DNA of 64,000 bases from Ignavibacteriota bacterium (GCA_963701295.1 OY969585.1:1792001-1856000); one strand, 5' to 3'; positions 19,151 through 31,974 are shown, counted from the stretch's first letter. Translations and numbers: made by a program. Notes: a model not told the origin generated them from the letters alone.

Positions 19151-19320
19151 GAAGAAATGCCAACAGGAAGTTACTCGAAACAATGGAATGCTGCGAATAT
19201 GTCGAGTGGAATATACTTCTATCGTTTGCGGGTTGGATCATTTACTGAGACGAAGAAACTGATTTTGCTTAAGTAAAGGGCAATTGCACCCAAACCCACC
19301 GGTCAACTCGACAGAATGAG
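19151..19320 (+). pseudogene. Relic of a third T9SS-propeller cassette (CTD tail plus decayed attC start)
   Basis: Translates [41 protein letters not shown] (stop 19274-19276), followed by CAATTGCACC as after cassette 7, and TCAA..GACAGAATGAG. Confidence 0.75.
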
Positions 19321-19426
19321 TGTGAGTGTCAAAAGACAAGAGAAATAAATCAGCACATCAAAGTTTTACCCATAAACTAAGAAATCCTCACCGATTTCCA
19401 TCGATGAGGATTCTTCTTTAGACTTA

Positions 19427-19437
19427 GTAGCGGGGGC
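19427..19437 (-). repeat. Copy of tRNA-Met 3' end (att-like direct repeat 3)
   Basis: GTAGCGGGGGC = 19584-19594; adjacent hairpin AATCCTCA...TGAGGATT. Confidence 0.6.
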
Positions 19438-19540
19438 CACGCCTACGTTTCACTTCGGCGGGCAGGCAGGATGCCGATTTAAAACAAATCGGCATTTCAC
19501 AAAAAACGTTCAACTTGAATTTAAACCATCCAATTACTAT

Positions 19541-19583
19541 AAAAACAGAAAACCCCAGACAAACTGGGGATTTTCTGTTTTTT
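19541..19583 (-). terminator. Terminator downstream of tRNA-Met
   Basis: AAAAACAGAAAACCCCAG-ACAAA-CTGGGGATTTTCTGTTTTT. Confidence 0.75.
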
Positions 19584-19584
19584 G

Positions 19585-19657
<73 letters not shown>

Positions 19658-19855
19658 ATCTTTAGTAATTTAATATACAATCATTTTGATGCTCAGTCAA
19701 GGTGCTTTTTACTGCAATCAAAACTCAACTTAATAAAAAGTAAATTTAAATTTGCCTGCTAATCTGTCCTCATACCAGGATTGTGTGATATAACTTTACT
19801 CAAGTGCTATTCACTTGTGACTCTCTCCTGTCGTACCTTCTTGCATTTTCTGTGA

Positions 19856-20998
<1,143 letters not shown>

Positions 20999-21171
20999 AA
21001 ATTCAGAGGTGTTTCTTTCTGCCCGTTGCGACCAACTTCGGGCAGATTGTTATTTTCCATCGGGCTGACGACTGATCGTGTCGAAGCCCGTTTTTTATAT
21101 ATAGAAATCATACTTCAAAAAACTCCTCTAACGGGGGTTGCAAACATCCATTTCTCTTTCTGGAGAAGATT

Positions 21172-22437
21172 ATGAATAAAAAAACTGTGACCGATATTGA
21201 TTTCAAAGGAAAGCGCGTGATTATGCGTGTAGACTTTAATGTACCGCTTAAGAACGGCGTCATTCAAGATGATGTTCGTATGCGTGCAGCGCTGCCTACT
21301 ATTAATTATATTCTCGAAAAGAAACCAAAGTACCTTGTGCTGATGTCTCACCTCGGCGATCCGAAAAAGGATACAGAGAAGGCAAAAGAGAAAGCCGAGA
21401 AAGACGGCAAACCGTTTGATGAAGCAAAATTCATCGAAGGCAAATTCAAGATGAAGCCGGTGGTAGAACATCTATCCAAACTTCTTGGTAAGCCTGTGAA
21501 ACTTGCTCCGGCGGCAATTGGCGCCGAAACCAAAGCAATGGTAGACGGTTTGAAGGATGGAGAAATTCTGATGCTCGAGAATACGCGCTTCCACAAGCAG
21601 GAAACATCAAAGGATCTTGCCGATCGTGAACAGATGGCGAAGGAACTTGCGTCGTATGGTGATGTGTTTGTCAACGATGCGTTCGGAACCGCACACCGCG
21701 CACACGCCTCTACGGAAACAATTGCACATTACTTGCCTGCAGTTGCAGGATTCTTGATGGAGAAAGAACTTGCCTATCTTGGCAAGGCAGTAGAGAATCC
21801 GGTGAAACCGTTCGTTGCGATCATCGGCGGTGCTAAAATATCCGGCAAAATTGACGTTATACAAAATTTGATGGGAAAAGTCGACGCACTCCTTATCGGC
21901 GGCGGCATGATGTTTACATTCTATAAAGCACAGGGAATGGAAATTGGGAAATCATTGTTAGAACAAGATAAGGTTGATCTCGCAAAGAAAATATTAGATG
22001 AAGCGAAAGCAAAGAACGTGAAACTGCTCCTGCCCATTGATTGTATTATCTCCGATAAGTTCGACAATGCAGCTGCAACGAAAACAGTGAATATCAACGC
22101 TATTCCCTCTGATTGGATTGGGATGGATATCGGTCCTGAGACGATCAAGTTGTTTGTAAGCGAAATCTTGAAAGCGAAGACGGTGGTATGGAACGGCCCA
22201 ATGGGTGTATTCGAAATGTCGAATTTTGCAAAAGGAACCACGGCGGTTGCCCAAGCGTTAGCAGATGCAACGAAGAAAGGCGCTACTACGATTGTTGGCG
22301 GCGGAGATTCTGCATCAGCAATTGCGCAAGCCGGGCTCGACAAAGCTGTTTCGCATGTATCCACGGGCGGTGGAGCTTCGCTGGAGTTTTTGGAAGGCAA
22401 AATTCTTCCCGGCGTTGCGGCGTTGAATGACAAATGA
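21172..22437 (+). CDS. pgk: Phosphoglycerate kinase
   Basis: 'RVDFNVP', '[13 protein letters not shown]', 'STGGGASLE'. Confidence 0.98.
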   Translation: MNKKTVTDIDFKGKRVIMRVDFNVPLKNGVIQDDVRMRAALPTINYILEKKPKYLVLMSHLGDPKKDTEKAKEKAEKDGKPFDEAKFIEGKFKMKPVVEHLSKLLGKPVKLAPAAIGAETKAMVDGLKDGEILMLENTRFHKQETSKDLADREQMAKELASYGDVFVNDAFGTAHRAHASTETIAHYLPAVAGFLMEKELAYLGKAVENPVKPFVAIIGGAKISGKIDVIQNLMGKVDALLIGGGMMFTFYKAQGMEIGKSLLEQDKVDLAKKILDEAKAKNVKLLLPIDCIISDKFDNAAATKTVNINAIPSDWIGMDIGPETIKLFVSEILKAKTVVWNGPMGVFEMSNFAKGTTAVAQALADATKKGATTIVGGGDSASAIAQAGLDKAVSHVSTGGGASLEFLEGKILPGVAALNDK

Positions 22438-22450
22438 AAGGTGGCAAATA

Positions 22451-22518
22451 AAAAGTAAAAGGTAGAAGGTAAGAGGTAGAGGGGAAAAGGCAGAAGGTAG
22501 AAAGTAGAAGGTAGAAGA
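22451..22518 (+). repeat. Degenerate heptamer tandem repeat (AAGGTAG)n
   Basis: aaagtaa aaggtag aaggtaa gaggtag...aaggcag aaggtag aaagtag aaggtag. Confidence 0.75.
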
Positions 22519-22641
22519 AGATGGACTGTTGGCGAAAGGCTGAATATTGACAACTTTCTCTATCAATCACAAAATTTCCAAATCACTGAATCATGAAATC
22601 ATCATATTTTAGAATTGTCTATCGGAAATCGAAAATCATAA

Positions 22642-23556
22642 ATGGCTTACGGCAATCAAGGTAATTATTATCGTCCATCGATGTTCGGGGGATTTCAATT
22701 CTTCCCGCCGGTGGTAAAAACGTTGTTACTCACCAATACAGCAGTATTTATTTTGATGTGGTTCTTCGGATCATTTCACATCGGAGAAATAGGTTTCAGA
22801 AGAATCTTCGATGAATTTTTTGGACTCATGCCTTGGGGCAATGGTTTTTTCCCCTGGCAGCTTATCACGTACCAGTTTGTGCATGCAGATTTCTGGCATC
22901 TCTTCTTTAATATGGTGTTTGGACTGTGGATGTTTGGAATGGAGGTTGAGCATGCATGGGGTTCCAAAAAGTTCCTGATTTATTATTTATCCTGTGGAGT
23001 GGCAGCAGGAATTTCACAATTAGTTCTCTCACCAATATTCGAACCAGCACTCGGTCCGACAGTCGGCGCGTCTGGTGCAATTTATGGAGTACTCATTGCC
23101 TTCGCAGCAATGTTCCCGGATCGATACATTTATCTTTACTTCTTGATTCCCTTAAAAGTGAAATACTTCGTTATGATACTTATTGTCTTCGGCGTTCTAT
23201 CGGTCGGTGGACAAGGAAATGTCGCAAATCTTGCCCATCTCGGCGGTGCGCTTGCAGGGTATCTTTACATTTTGTATGATCGACGGCGTCTTATAAGCGG
23301 GAGGAAAAACTCGGGAACTTTTCAGTCGAGCATGGCATCTGCACTGTGGAGCAAGCCAAGTAGTACCGCAGGTGATGTGGTTGATGCAAAGGTATTCGAT
23401 ATCGATGAATCGAAATCATTTGAATCAAAAGAAAAACCGATCGATGCGCAAAAACGCATTGATGACATTCTCGATAAGATCAGCCGCAGTGGATATCAGA
23501 GTCTGTCAGAAGAAGAAAAGAAGATTCTCTTTGAAGCCAGCAAGCGGATGAATTGA
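22642..23556 (+). CDS. Rhomboid intramembrane serine protease
   Basis: 'WQLITYQFVH', 'HLFFNM', 'GASG', 'AHLGG'; C-terminal 'ID.ILDKIS.SGY.SL'. Confidence 0.93.
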   Translation: MAYGNQGNYYRPSMFGGFQFFPPVVKTLLLTNTAVFILMWFFGSFHIGEIGFRRIFDEFFGLMPWGNGFFPWQLITYQFVHADFWHLFFNMVFGLWMFGMEVEHAWGSKKFLIYYLSCGVAAGISQLVLSPIFEPALGPTVGASGAIYGVLIAFAAMFPDRYIYLYFLIPLKVKYFVMILIVFGVLSVGGQGNVANLAHLGGALAGYLYILYDRRRLISGRKNSGTFQSSMASALWSKPSSTAGDVVDAKVFDIDESKSFESKEKPIDAQKRIDDILDKISRSGYQSLSEEEKKILFEASKRMN

Positions 23557-23588
23557 TGGAGTAGATGAGTCTTTGATCAGATGAGTAG

Positions 23589-24686
23589 TTGAACAAAATG
23601 GAAAAACACGAGACATATAAGGTGAGCAGACGAAGGAAAACCCGGCAAGTGAATGTCGGCGGCGTCAAAGTCGGCGGTGATGCGCCGATCTCCGTTCAGA
23701 CGATGACAAAGACGAAAACCGATGACATCGCAGGAACTGTCGCACAAATTAAGGCTGCAGCAGAGGCAGGTGTCGATATTGTTCGCGTAACAGTGAACGA
23801 CAAAGAAGCGGCAGCCGCGATGGCGGAGATTGTAAAGCAGTCACCGGTACCGATCGTAGCGGATATTCATTTCAATCATGTTTTTGCATTGAAGGCGATA
23901 GAAGCCGGCGTTGCGAAAGTCCGACTCAATCCTGGCAATATTGGTTCGAGGGATCGCATCCAACAAGTGCTGGCAGCGGCAAAAGACCGAGGCATCCCGA
24001 TTCGCATCGGTGTCAATTCCGGTTCTCTGGAAGAAGATATTCTTCAAAAACACGGATATCCAACGGCAGAAGCGCTGTTCGAAAGCGCGATGCGGCATGT
24101 GCAAATCTGTGATGAACACAATTTTAAGGATGTTGTCATTTCCGTAAAATCCACCGATGTGAAATTGATGATTGAAGCATACAGATTAGTTGCAGAGCGA
24201 ACGGATATTCCTCTTCATCTTGGTGTGACAGAAGCCGGACCAACACGAAGCGGTACCATCAAATCGTCGGTAGGTATCGGTGCGTTACTGGCCCAAGGAA
24301 TTGGAGATACGATTCGTGTTTCGCTGACCGATGACCCGGTGAAGGAGGTCGAGGTCGGGAAAGAAATTCTGCGTTCGCTTAGCCTTGCCTCTCGCAATAT
24401 CGAGTTGATCGCTTGTCCGACCTGCGGACGGATTGAAGTGGATCTCTTTAAAATTATGGGCGAGTTGGAAGAAAAACTTGCCGGCATAAAAAAATCGGTA
24501 TCGATTGCAGTGCTCGGTTGTGTCGTCAATGGCCCCGGTGAAGCAAGCGCAGCAGATATCGGCATTGCCGCAGGCAAAGGAGTTGGAATTCTTTATCGTA
24601 AAGGTGAGATGATCAAGCGTGTCAAAGAAAGCGAGATTGTTTCAACTATTGTAGAAGAAGTGGAAAAGTTTCAGCCAAGGAATTGA
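23589..24686 (+). CDS. ispG: HMBPP synthase (GcpE)
   Basis: 'PIVADIHF', 'RIGVNSGSL', 'HLGVTEAG', 'CPTCGR', 'GCVVNGPGE'; start may be ATG 23598. Confidence 0.97.
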   Translation: MNKMEKHETYKVSRRRKTRQVNVGGVKVGGDAPISVQTMTKTKTDDIAGTVAQIKAAAEAGVDIVRVTVNDKEAAAAMAEIVKQSPVPIVADIHFNHVFALKAIEAGVAKVRLNPGNIGSRDRIQQVLAAAKDRGIPIRIGVNSGSLEEDILQKHGYPTAEALFESAMRHVQICDEHNFKDVVISVKSTDVKLMIEAYRLVAERTDIPLHLGVTEAGPTRSGTIKSSVGIGALLAQGIGDTIRVSLTDDPVKEVEVGKEILRSLSLASRNIELIACPTCGRIEVDLFKIMGELEEKLAGIKKSVSIAVLGCVVNGPGEASAADIGIAAGKGVGILYRKGEMIKRVKESEIVSTIVEEVEKFQPRN

Positions 24687-24966
24687 ATAGGGCATGTCCA
24701 TTACTCTAAGGTCTCTATCATTCGGCTGCCGTACTATGCCGGCCCTCAGTTCTACTGAAACTCCACAGCTTTCCACTCGACGTACAAAATAGCATAATCT
24801 CGAAAGTCAGCGGTTTGCCACCTTTTTTGTTGTATCCCTCTCTCATTTCCCCATCTTACATAAATTAAAAATAATATAGAACTGTAAACCTTTTGTTCCC
24901 TCCTCTGTCTAACTTACATAGTTCACAGAGAAAGAATATTCGCAATAATAAAAGGAAAAACATACT

Positions 24967-25443
24967 ATGAAAAAACTCGGAGTATTCGTTGCGGCCGCAC
25001 TCGTAATGGTGAGTACCAACCTGTATAGCCAACCAGCGGAGGGTAGAGGACCCCGTAAATTTATTGAACAATTGAAGTTGACTGAAGGGCAAAAAAAGGA
25101 TTTTGAAAAAATCCATGTTGACATGGAGAAACAAGAAATCGCCCAGAAAGCAAAAAAGGAAACAGCACGAGTTGAGCTTCGGCAATTATTCAAGGCAGAC
25201 AATCCTGATAAATCAGCTATTGAGAAAAAAATGAATGAGATTGCGGATCTTGAAGTGCAAATGCATATGATCAGGATCAACTCATGGTTCGACGTTAATA
25301 AACTGCTGACCCCGGAACAGCAAAAGACTTGGAAAAAGGCGCTTGAGTATGGTTCTGAAATGCAATGGAGGAAGATGGGGATGGACCATCGTGGTGGACA
25401 TTCTATGCTGCCTCATCATGAAGAGCCGATGCCAAAGAAATAA
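24967..25443 (+). CDS. Spy/CpxP-family periplasmic protein
   Basis: Signal peptide; 'LKLTEGQ' and 'LLTPEQ' LTxxQ motifs. Confidence 0.8.
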   Translation: MKKLGVFVAAALVMVSTNLYSQPAEGRGPRKFIEQLKLTEGQKKDFEKIHVDMEKQEIAQKAKKETARVELRQLFKADNPDKSAIEKKMNEIADLEVQMHMIRINSWFDVNKLLTPEQQKTWKKALEYGSEMQWRKMGMDHRGGHSMLPHHEEPMPKK

Positions 25444-25609
25444 TCGATATTGAATAGCTCTGTCTGGATAAGAGAAATGGGTCGGGAGATACTCTCGGCC
25501 CATTTCTCTGTACATCCGTAACACTCTGAATTGTTTCGTGGAACTCCGCACTCCTTTTAAGAGTTAATAGGAGAAAGGAGAACAATAAATAATTACTCAG
25601 GAGACAATC

Positions 25610-25972
25610 ATGGCAGAGCAATTAACAAAAGATACATTTCTGCAAAAAGTATTTGACTATGAACAAAATAAAGAATGGAAATACCAAGGGGATATCCCCG
25701 CTATTATAGACTTTTGGGCGCCATGGTGCGGGCCATGCCGAATGGTAGGGCCGATCATTGATGAGCTCTCAAAAGAATATGCCGGTAAGGTGAACTTCTA
25801 TAAAGTGAACGTGGATGATGAACAGGAACTTGCGGGAATCTTTGGTATACGCAGCATTCCTTCGATGTTGTTTGTTCCGAAAGAAGGGAAACCAAAGATG
25901 TCTGTTGGTGCGCTTCCGAAAGAAGCACTTGTTGAAGCGATTGAGACTGAATTAAGTGTGTCGGTAAATTAA
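25610..25972 (+). CDS. trxA: Thioredoxin
   Basis: 'DFWAPWCGPC'. Confidence 0.95.
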   Translation: MAEQLTKDTFLQKVFDYEQNKEWKYQGDIPAIIDFWAPWCGPCRMVGPIIDELSKEYAGKVNFYKVNVDDEQELAGIFGIRSIPSMLFVPKEGKPKMSVGALPKEALVEAIETELSVSVN

Positions 25973-26188
25973 TAGATTCTGATATACAAGAACTCCGATG
26001 AACCTTTTATGTGTGTCGGAGCTGGAAAAATCCGCAGAAATATAAAATATAACACGCTGCACTAGCAATTATTCCGTCTATTTACGTAATAATCCCCTCC
26101 ATTTAACCTTTGCGCTTTCCCTTGCTTTTCTTTAACTTCTTTTGTCAGCAGACAGCATAACGAATCCACCGTTGTATAATGGAGTTAT

Positions 26189-26734
26189 ATGAACACAAAT
26201 CATATCTCTTGGATCGTTCCTGGTTATCTCTTCCTTTGTCTCATCATCTCTGGATGTTTTACTCCGAAAGAATTAAACACCGAATCCATTCCAGCCATCA
26301 AGAACTTTGATTTGAAGCGATACCTTGGCATGTGGTACGAGGTAGCACGCCTGCCGCATTCTTTCGAAACCGGACTGGATCGTGTTACGGCAACATATAC
26401 ACTTCAGGAAGATGGCACAATTAAAGTCCTTAACAAAGGTTTCGATACTTCCAAGGGAGAGTGGAAAGAGGCGAGTGGGAAAGCATATATACCGGATTCT
26501 TTGGCAGGGGCGCTTCTCAAGGTTAGCTTCTTTTGGATATTTTACGCCGATTACAAAGTAGTCATACTCGATACGGTGAATTATTCTTATGCTATGGTTA
26601 CGAGCAGTTCGAAGAAATATTTATGGATTTTGAGCAGGTCGCCCCAATTGGAACAACCTATCTATGATGAGCTTGTTCGAAATGCAACTGAGTGGGGATT
26701 TAATACTTCCCAGTTATATAAAGTACCTCAATAA
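26189..26734 (+). CDS. blc: Bacterial lipocalin lipoprotein
   Basis: Lipobox 'ISGC'; 'RYLGMWYEVARL', 'LKVSFFW', 'YLWILSR'. Confidence 0.9.
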   Translation: MNTNHISWIVPGYLFLCLIISGCFTPKELNTESIPAIKNFDLKRYLGMWYEVARLPHSFETGLDRVTATYTLQEDGTIKVLNKGFDTSKGEWKEASGKAYIPDSLAGALLKVSFFWIFYADYKVVILDTVNYSYAMVTSSSKKYLWILSRSPQLEQPIYDELVRNATEWGFNTSQLYKVPQ

Positions 26735-26773
26735 TAGAGGAATATACTCTTCTACCAAAAAAGGAGTTCTACC

Positions 26774-27601
26774 ATGGATCTTCAAGACAAATGTGCTATT
26801 GTTACCGGCGGGGCACTGGGAATCGGCCTTGCAACCTGCAAGCGTCTTTTAGCAGAAGGTGTGAAAGTTACGATTTGGGATATTAACCAAGCCGCATTAA
26901 AGACGGCAAAAAAAGAACTTGCAAAACTTGGCAAGGTGCATTTCTATCAATGTGATGTAGCGAATAAACGGCAGGTACAGAAGCATGTGAAGATCGCTCA
27001 AAAAGAGATGGGACGCGTTGATATCCTCATTAATAATGCCGGGTATGTGTCGGGCGGCGATTTACTTGATCATCCAATTGAAGATTGGGAAAAGACCATC
27101 GATGTGAATCTCAAGGCGCTCCTCTACACAACGTATGCAGTGCTTCCCGAAATGTATAAACGCGACAACGGACATATCGTTAATATATCTTCAGCGGCAG
27201 GCACTATTGGTGTGGCCGGTCTTTCTGTCTATGCGGCAACAAAATGGGCAGTTTGGGGATTAACCGAATCACTTCGGATGGAGGCATTGAACAATGGAAA
27301 GGCCGGAGTGAAGTATTCGACTATTCATCCAGGGTATATTGCGACTGGGATGTTTGAAGGGGCAAAACTTGGTATCCCGGGCCGTTGGATTGTCCCACTC
27401 GTAAAAAATCATGACGTAATCGCAAAAGCAATCGTTGAGGATGCACTGAAGAAAGAAAAATATTCGCCTAAACGTCCGCGCACAGTCAATCTAAATCTTC
27501 GATTCCGCGCGCTTATGCCGGATCGGTGGTTCCAACGCTTCCTCATCCTGATGGGAGTTGCAAGAAGTATGAAAACGTGGTATGGAAGGAGAAAAAAGTA
27601 G
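26774..27601 (+). CDS. Short-chain dehydrogenase/reductase
   Basis: 'TGGALGIG', 'NNAG', 'YAATK'. Confidence 0.92.
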   Translation: MDLQDKCAIVTGGALGIGLATCKRLLAEGVKVTIWDINQAALKTAKKELAKLGKVHFYQCDVANKRQVQKHVKIAQKEMGRVDILINNAGYVSGGDLLDHPIEDWEKTIDVNLKALLYTTYAVLPEMYKRDNGHIVNISSAAGTIGVAGLSVYAATKWAVWGLTESLRMEALNNGKAGVKYSTIHPGYIATGMFEGAKLGIPGRWIVPLVKNHDVIAKAIVEDALKKEKYSPKRPRTVNLNLRFRALMPDRWFQRFLILMGVARSMKTWYGRRKK

Positions 27602-27611
27602 GTAAGTAGTT

Positions 27612-27665
27612 CCCGCCGAAGGCAGACCCGCCAGACTGTAGAGCGGGCTGGTGTGCCTCCGGCAC
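27612..27665. repeat. REP-like nested GC-rich palindrome
   Basis: CCGAAGGCAGA[CCCGC...GCGGG]...TGCCTCCGG; similar elements at 18160, 19441, 42330, 42391. Confidence 0.5.
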
Positions 27666-27697
27666 AAAAAATTGAGTAATTCAAGAATGAGGATACT

Positions 27698-29268
27698 ATG
27701 CCTGTAAAGAAAAAAACAATTTCTATCAATCCCGCAACGGGAAAAATCATTGGTCACACACCAGTGAACACTGTGGAAGAACTCGAACGTGCTGTTGCAC
27801 TTGTGAAAATCGCACAGCCCGATTGGATAAAGCTTAGTTTCGATGAACGGGCAAGCCATCTCTTCCGTATTCGCGATTACATCGTAGAGAATACTGACCG
27901 CATTGCGGATATTATCTCAAGAGATAACGGCAAAACGAAGATAGATGCACTCAGGTACCTGAAGTGCTTCCTATTGCAATGGCGATCACGTATTATGCAA
28001 AAAATGCTAGAAAAGTGTTGAAGAGAAAGCGGCTCCGCGGCGGAAGTGTTCTCACGATCAACAAGCGTTCGTATGTAGATCGGGTACCAGTTGGGGTTGT
28101 CGGCATTATCAGTCCATGGAATTATCCGTTTGCGATTCCATTTCATGAAATTGCCATGGCATTGATTGCCGGAAACGGTGTTGTGCTGAAAGTTGCAACA
28201 CAAACACTCGAAGTCGGCAAAATGATCAAACAATGTGTGGAGGCGGGCGGATTGCCGGAGAATCTTTTCTCACTCATTAATATGCCCGGGAGCGTAGCGG
28301 GAGATGCTTTTTTGAATTCCGGAATCGATAAACTCTTTTTTACCGGTTCAGTTGCCGTAGGTAAACAATTGATGGAGAAAGCCGCAAATCGCCTTATTCC
28401 TGTTTCACTTGAACTTGGTGGAAACGATGCAATGATCGTTTGCAGTGATGCCAATTTACACCGTGCAGCAAGCGGAGCACTATGGGCTGGAATTTCTAAT
28501 TCGGGACAATCGTGCGCCGGAGTTGAACGGATTTATGTGGAAGCAGATATCTATGAAGCATTTATTTTTTTATTGAAAAAGAAGATGAGTGAGCTAACAC
28601 AAGGCGTGGATGTGGATTCAAATGTTGATATTGGTTCAATGACAACTTTGCAGCAGTTGAAGAAAGTTCAGCAACATCTGAAAGATGCTCTGAAGAAGGG
28701 AGCTAAAATATTTCCTGAAATTACAAAAGTGAAGAAGGGCGAAAAAGGGTTGTTTCATCAGCCCATGATTCTGGAGAATGTTTCGGATGATATGATGGTG
28801 ATGAACGAAGAAATCTTCGGCCCTCTGCTTGCCGTGAAGAAAGTCGGAAGTATTGAAGAAGCAATTGCCCGCGCAAATGCTTCCATCCTTGGCCTTACTG
28901 CCTCTGTGTGGACAAGAAACAGGAAGAAAGGGCATGAAATTGCATCACAGCTCGAAGTTGGTTCAGTGACGATCAATGACCATCTGATGAGTCACGGGCT
29001 TGCGGAGACACCTTGGGGTGGTTGGAAAGAGTCTGGCATCAGCCGGACACACGGATTTATCGGACTTGAGGAAATGACCCAAACGCGTTGTGTGGTAGAC
29101 GATATTCTTCCCTGGGTTCAAAAAAACATGTGGTGGTATCCGCACAGCAAAAAAGTATACAATGGATTAAAAGGAGCGCAGGAGTTCCTGTATTCAAAGA
29201 AACCGGGAAAGAAACTTTCAGGCGGTTTACGGCTTGTACAGGTATTCTTGAGAACATTTAAAAAATAA
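27698..29268 (+). CDS. Aldehyde dehydrogenase; frameshift near 27955
   Basis: 'NPATG', 'ISPWNYP', 'FTGS', 'LELGG', 'GQSC', 'EEIFGP'. Confidence 0.92.
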
Positions 29269-29321
29269 AAAAGCGGAGACAGCATTGCTGCCCCCGCATG
29301 TAAAAGGTCCATCGAAATATA

Positions 29322-29952
29322 TTAGAATCTAAGACCGGCAGTTAAGATAATGCCATTGTTAAAGACTTTTGCATCGCTGTCTTTCCCGAGCTTTGTTTGA
29401 CCCAATACATAGCGTGCATCGATCTCTAAAATTAAAAATTCGACACCAACACCAACAACAATAGAGAAATCGTTCTTTGTTATTTGATCTTTAATATCGG
29501 TTTCAGTAGAGCTTGACGGCAATCCAGGTAAATTCGAATTTACTTCGTCTTTATTCTTTGCTGAAAGTAATATACCGTATGATACTCCACCTTCTATGTA
29601 AGGACTAAATATGGGTATTGGTAAATTAAATTTTACGAGTACCTGGAATGTCTATATAGTCGCCACTCAGTGTAATTTTTTCAGTGACATAACTATTTCC
29701 AGTGTTGGGTTCATAGATACCCCCTTTTTGGATATACATTACTTCCGGCTGGATAGCAAGCCCCGCTATTAACCCAATCTTATAAGATATTCCACCCGCT
29801 ATGCCGAGTTTGTGTGTAGGATCAACTCCACCTAGCGATTTATCAGCTCCACTAAACGTTGCGAGATCAATACCTCCCTTAATACCAAATTGGGAAAATG
29901 CTACAGATACGGCAAGAAGCGTCATCAGTGAAACTAATAGAATTTTTTTCAT
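29322..29952 (-). CDS. Outer-membrane beta-barrel (porin/PorT-like) protein; frameshift near 29640
   Basis: Signal peptide, 'FGIKGG', 'IQPEVMY.QKG', 'YIDIP', C-terminal 'AGLRF'. Confidence 0.8.
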
Positions 29953-30285
29953 AAGAGAATCCTTTATGTTAATATGTGATGTAGTGAACTCTGGTATCTG
30001 TCCAGAATAACCTCAGAAGTATAGATAAAACAAAAATCATGTTCAAGAGGAAATCCCCCCCAAAAAAAATAGGAAGAAGAGTAGCTTATTATGAAGTAAA
30101 ATCAGCAAAAGAAGGTGGTATAAATATTGACAACGGTCACAACAATTGCCAAACAGCAGTGAAGGAAAGTTTATGGGCTTTCATGTGATTAATTGGTTTC
30201 GCGCTTTTGTTATTGGACATAAGAAAATGAGTACAAAATAAAAGCCGACGTTCCACACGTAGGCTTTCTTTGAAAGAGAGTAAGT

Positions 30286-30660
30286 TTATCCTTCGTTTTC
30301 TTTCTTTTCTTTTAATTTTTTTGATGCTATGAGATAGAAAACGATTAAGGCAAGTCCGCCGAAAATTAATATGCTTCCAAAGATTGCAGTTTCCTCATGA
30401 AATCCAAAGTAATATTCAAGTTGCTGGCCGACGAGTAATCCGATGCCGGCAAAAACAAAGAGGAGTCCCCATTTAAGATTGCTGAGCGTACTTCCTTGCC
30501 ACATCCGGAAGGGAGAGGTTGATTTAAAATCAGCAGGATTAATTCCTTTTTCGATCATTGCTATTCGTTCTTTATGACGACCTTCAAAAAATTTCCAGAG
30601 AACAACTGCAATTGCACAAAAGAGGAAAATGGGAATAAAAGCACCAATAAATTGAATCAT
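30286..30660 (-). CDS. Small membrane protein (DUF6249-like), divergent from the ECF sigma gene
   Basis: 'RHKERIAMIEKG', 'LKWGL...GIGL'. Confidence 0.75.
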   Translation of the reverse strand: MIQFIGAFIPIFLFCAIAVVLWKFFEGRHKERIAMIEKGINPADFKSTSPFRMWQGSTLSNLKWGLLFVFAGIGLLVGQQLEYYFGFHEETAIFGSILIFGGLALIVFYLIASKKLKEKKENEG

Positions 30661-30804
30661 TGTTTTCTCCAGGTATTATGATTGATGTTGATTGACTGCT
30701 TTAGTAACTTTGACCTGTAGTTTGAAGAAAAGGTTTCAGGAAAATTTCGGAAACCTATCTGCACAAAACTTGGTCTAAGTTTTTATGAATGCCGGTAGAT
30801 TTAG

Positions 30805-31401
30805 ATGAGTGATACGGATAGAGAGATAATCCAGCGTGTCCTGGATGGGGATGTACAATCCTTCGGCATTCTTGTTGATAAACACAAAGCCAAAGCAATG
30901 ACGCTAGCGATGCGAATATTGAACAACCGCGAAGATGCCGAAGAAGCATTGCAGGATGCTTTTGTGCGTGTGTATCGCGCATTATCTTCATTTGAATGGA
31001 AATCGAGTTTTTCTACGTGGTTCTATCGGATAGTCTATAATACATGCACGACAATGATTGGAAAAAGAAACGGAAAACATCACATTTCGCTAGATGGTGT
31101 GGATGAAGATGGACCGCGAGTGGAGATCGAGTCGGATGAACTGCAGCCCGACATGAGAATGGAATCCGACGAATTTTCTAAGATTGTTCGTGAAGAAGTA
31201 GAAAAATTGCCATCGGCATACGGAAACACTTTTACATTATTTACTATTCAAGATATGAGTTACGAAGAAATCGTTCAAGTCACCGGATTGCCGCTCGGCA
31301 CAGTTAAGGCGAGGCTCTTTCGGGCACGCGCAATGCTGCGAAAGGCAATTGTGAAGCGAATGGATCACTTCCCCGTAATAAAGGAACAAGAAGGATATTG
31401 A
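30805..31401 (+). CDS. ECF RNA polymerase sigma factor
   Basis: 'DAEEALQDAF', 'FSTWFYRI', 'SYEEI...GTVKARLFRAR'. Confidence 0.95.
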   Translation: MSDTDREIIQRVLDGDVQSFGILVDKHKAKAMTLAMRILNNREDAEEALQDAFVRVYRALSSFEWKSSFSTWFYRIVYNTCTTMIGKRNGKHHISLDGVDEDGPRVEIESDELQPDMRMESDEFSKIVREEVEKLPSAYGNTFTLFTIQDMSYEEIVQVTGLPLGTVKARLFRARAMLRKAIVKRMDHFPVIKEQEGY

Positions 31402-31404
31402 AAA

Positions 31405-31953
31405 ATGGAACATCTTTCTTTTGACATTATTTGTAGAATTGCAGATGGAGACATGTCGCAAAGTGAAATAGAATTATATTTGACTCATTGGAAGTCTTGC
31501 CAATCTTGCCAGCAAGAAATTGAGCTGCAGCGATCGATAGTAAAAGTATCACGCAAAGCACAACTTGTCAATCCATCTAATAGTTTTGTGAAGAATATTC
31601 TCGATGTAATTCTCCCTTCTCAAAGGAAGAGATGGTACGAATGGCTTCTTCACAATATGGGCAATGTTATTGCAATGGCATCGGTTCTTGCCTTTTTGGC
31701 GTATATATTTTCAATAACCGATATCGGTGCTTTTCAAAATGATAAATCTACTGAAGTTAAACTGATTCTGGAATTTCTTAAAATTATCCAGGATGGCAGC
31801 CAGCAGATCGGCAATTATCTAACACCGAAATTTCCTATTCAAAACATTGGCGCATTTCATATGCATACTATCGTCTTTGCTTTACTGGCAATTATTTTGC
31901 TTGTGTTTATTGATCGAATTGCTGGTCATTTCTTTCGTCATTTAAAGGCTTAA
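31405..31953 (+). CDS. Putative zinc-binding membrane anti-sigma factor
   Basis: HxxxCxxC ('HWKSCQSC') plus TM helices; follows the ECF sigma gene. Confidence 0.75.
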   Translation: MEHLSFDIICRIADGDMSQSEIELYLTHWKSCQSCQQEIELQRSIVKVSRKAQLVNPSNSFVKNILDVILPSQRKRWYEWLLHNMGNVIAMASVLAFLAYIFSITDIGAFQNDKSTEVKLILEFLKIIQDGSQQIGNYLTPKFPIQNIGAFHMHTIVFALLAIILLVFIDRIAGHFFRHLKA

Positions 31954-31974
31954 TCCGTATTTTTTATACCCACC

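Noticed and set aside
22286-22570. ORFs spanning the heptamer repeat after pgk
   Set aside because: Low-complexity translations of (AAGGTAG)n
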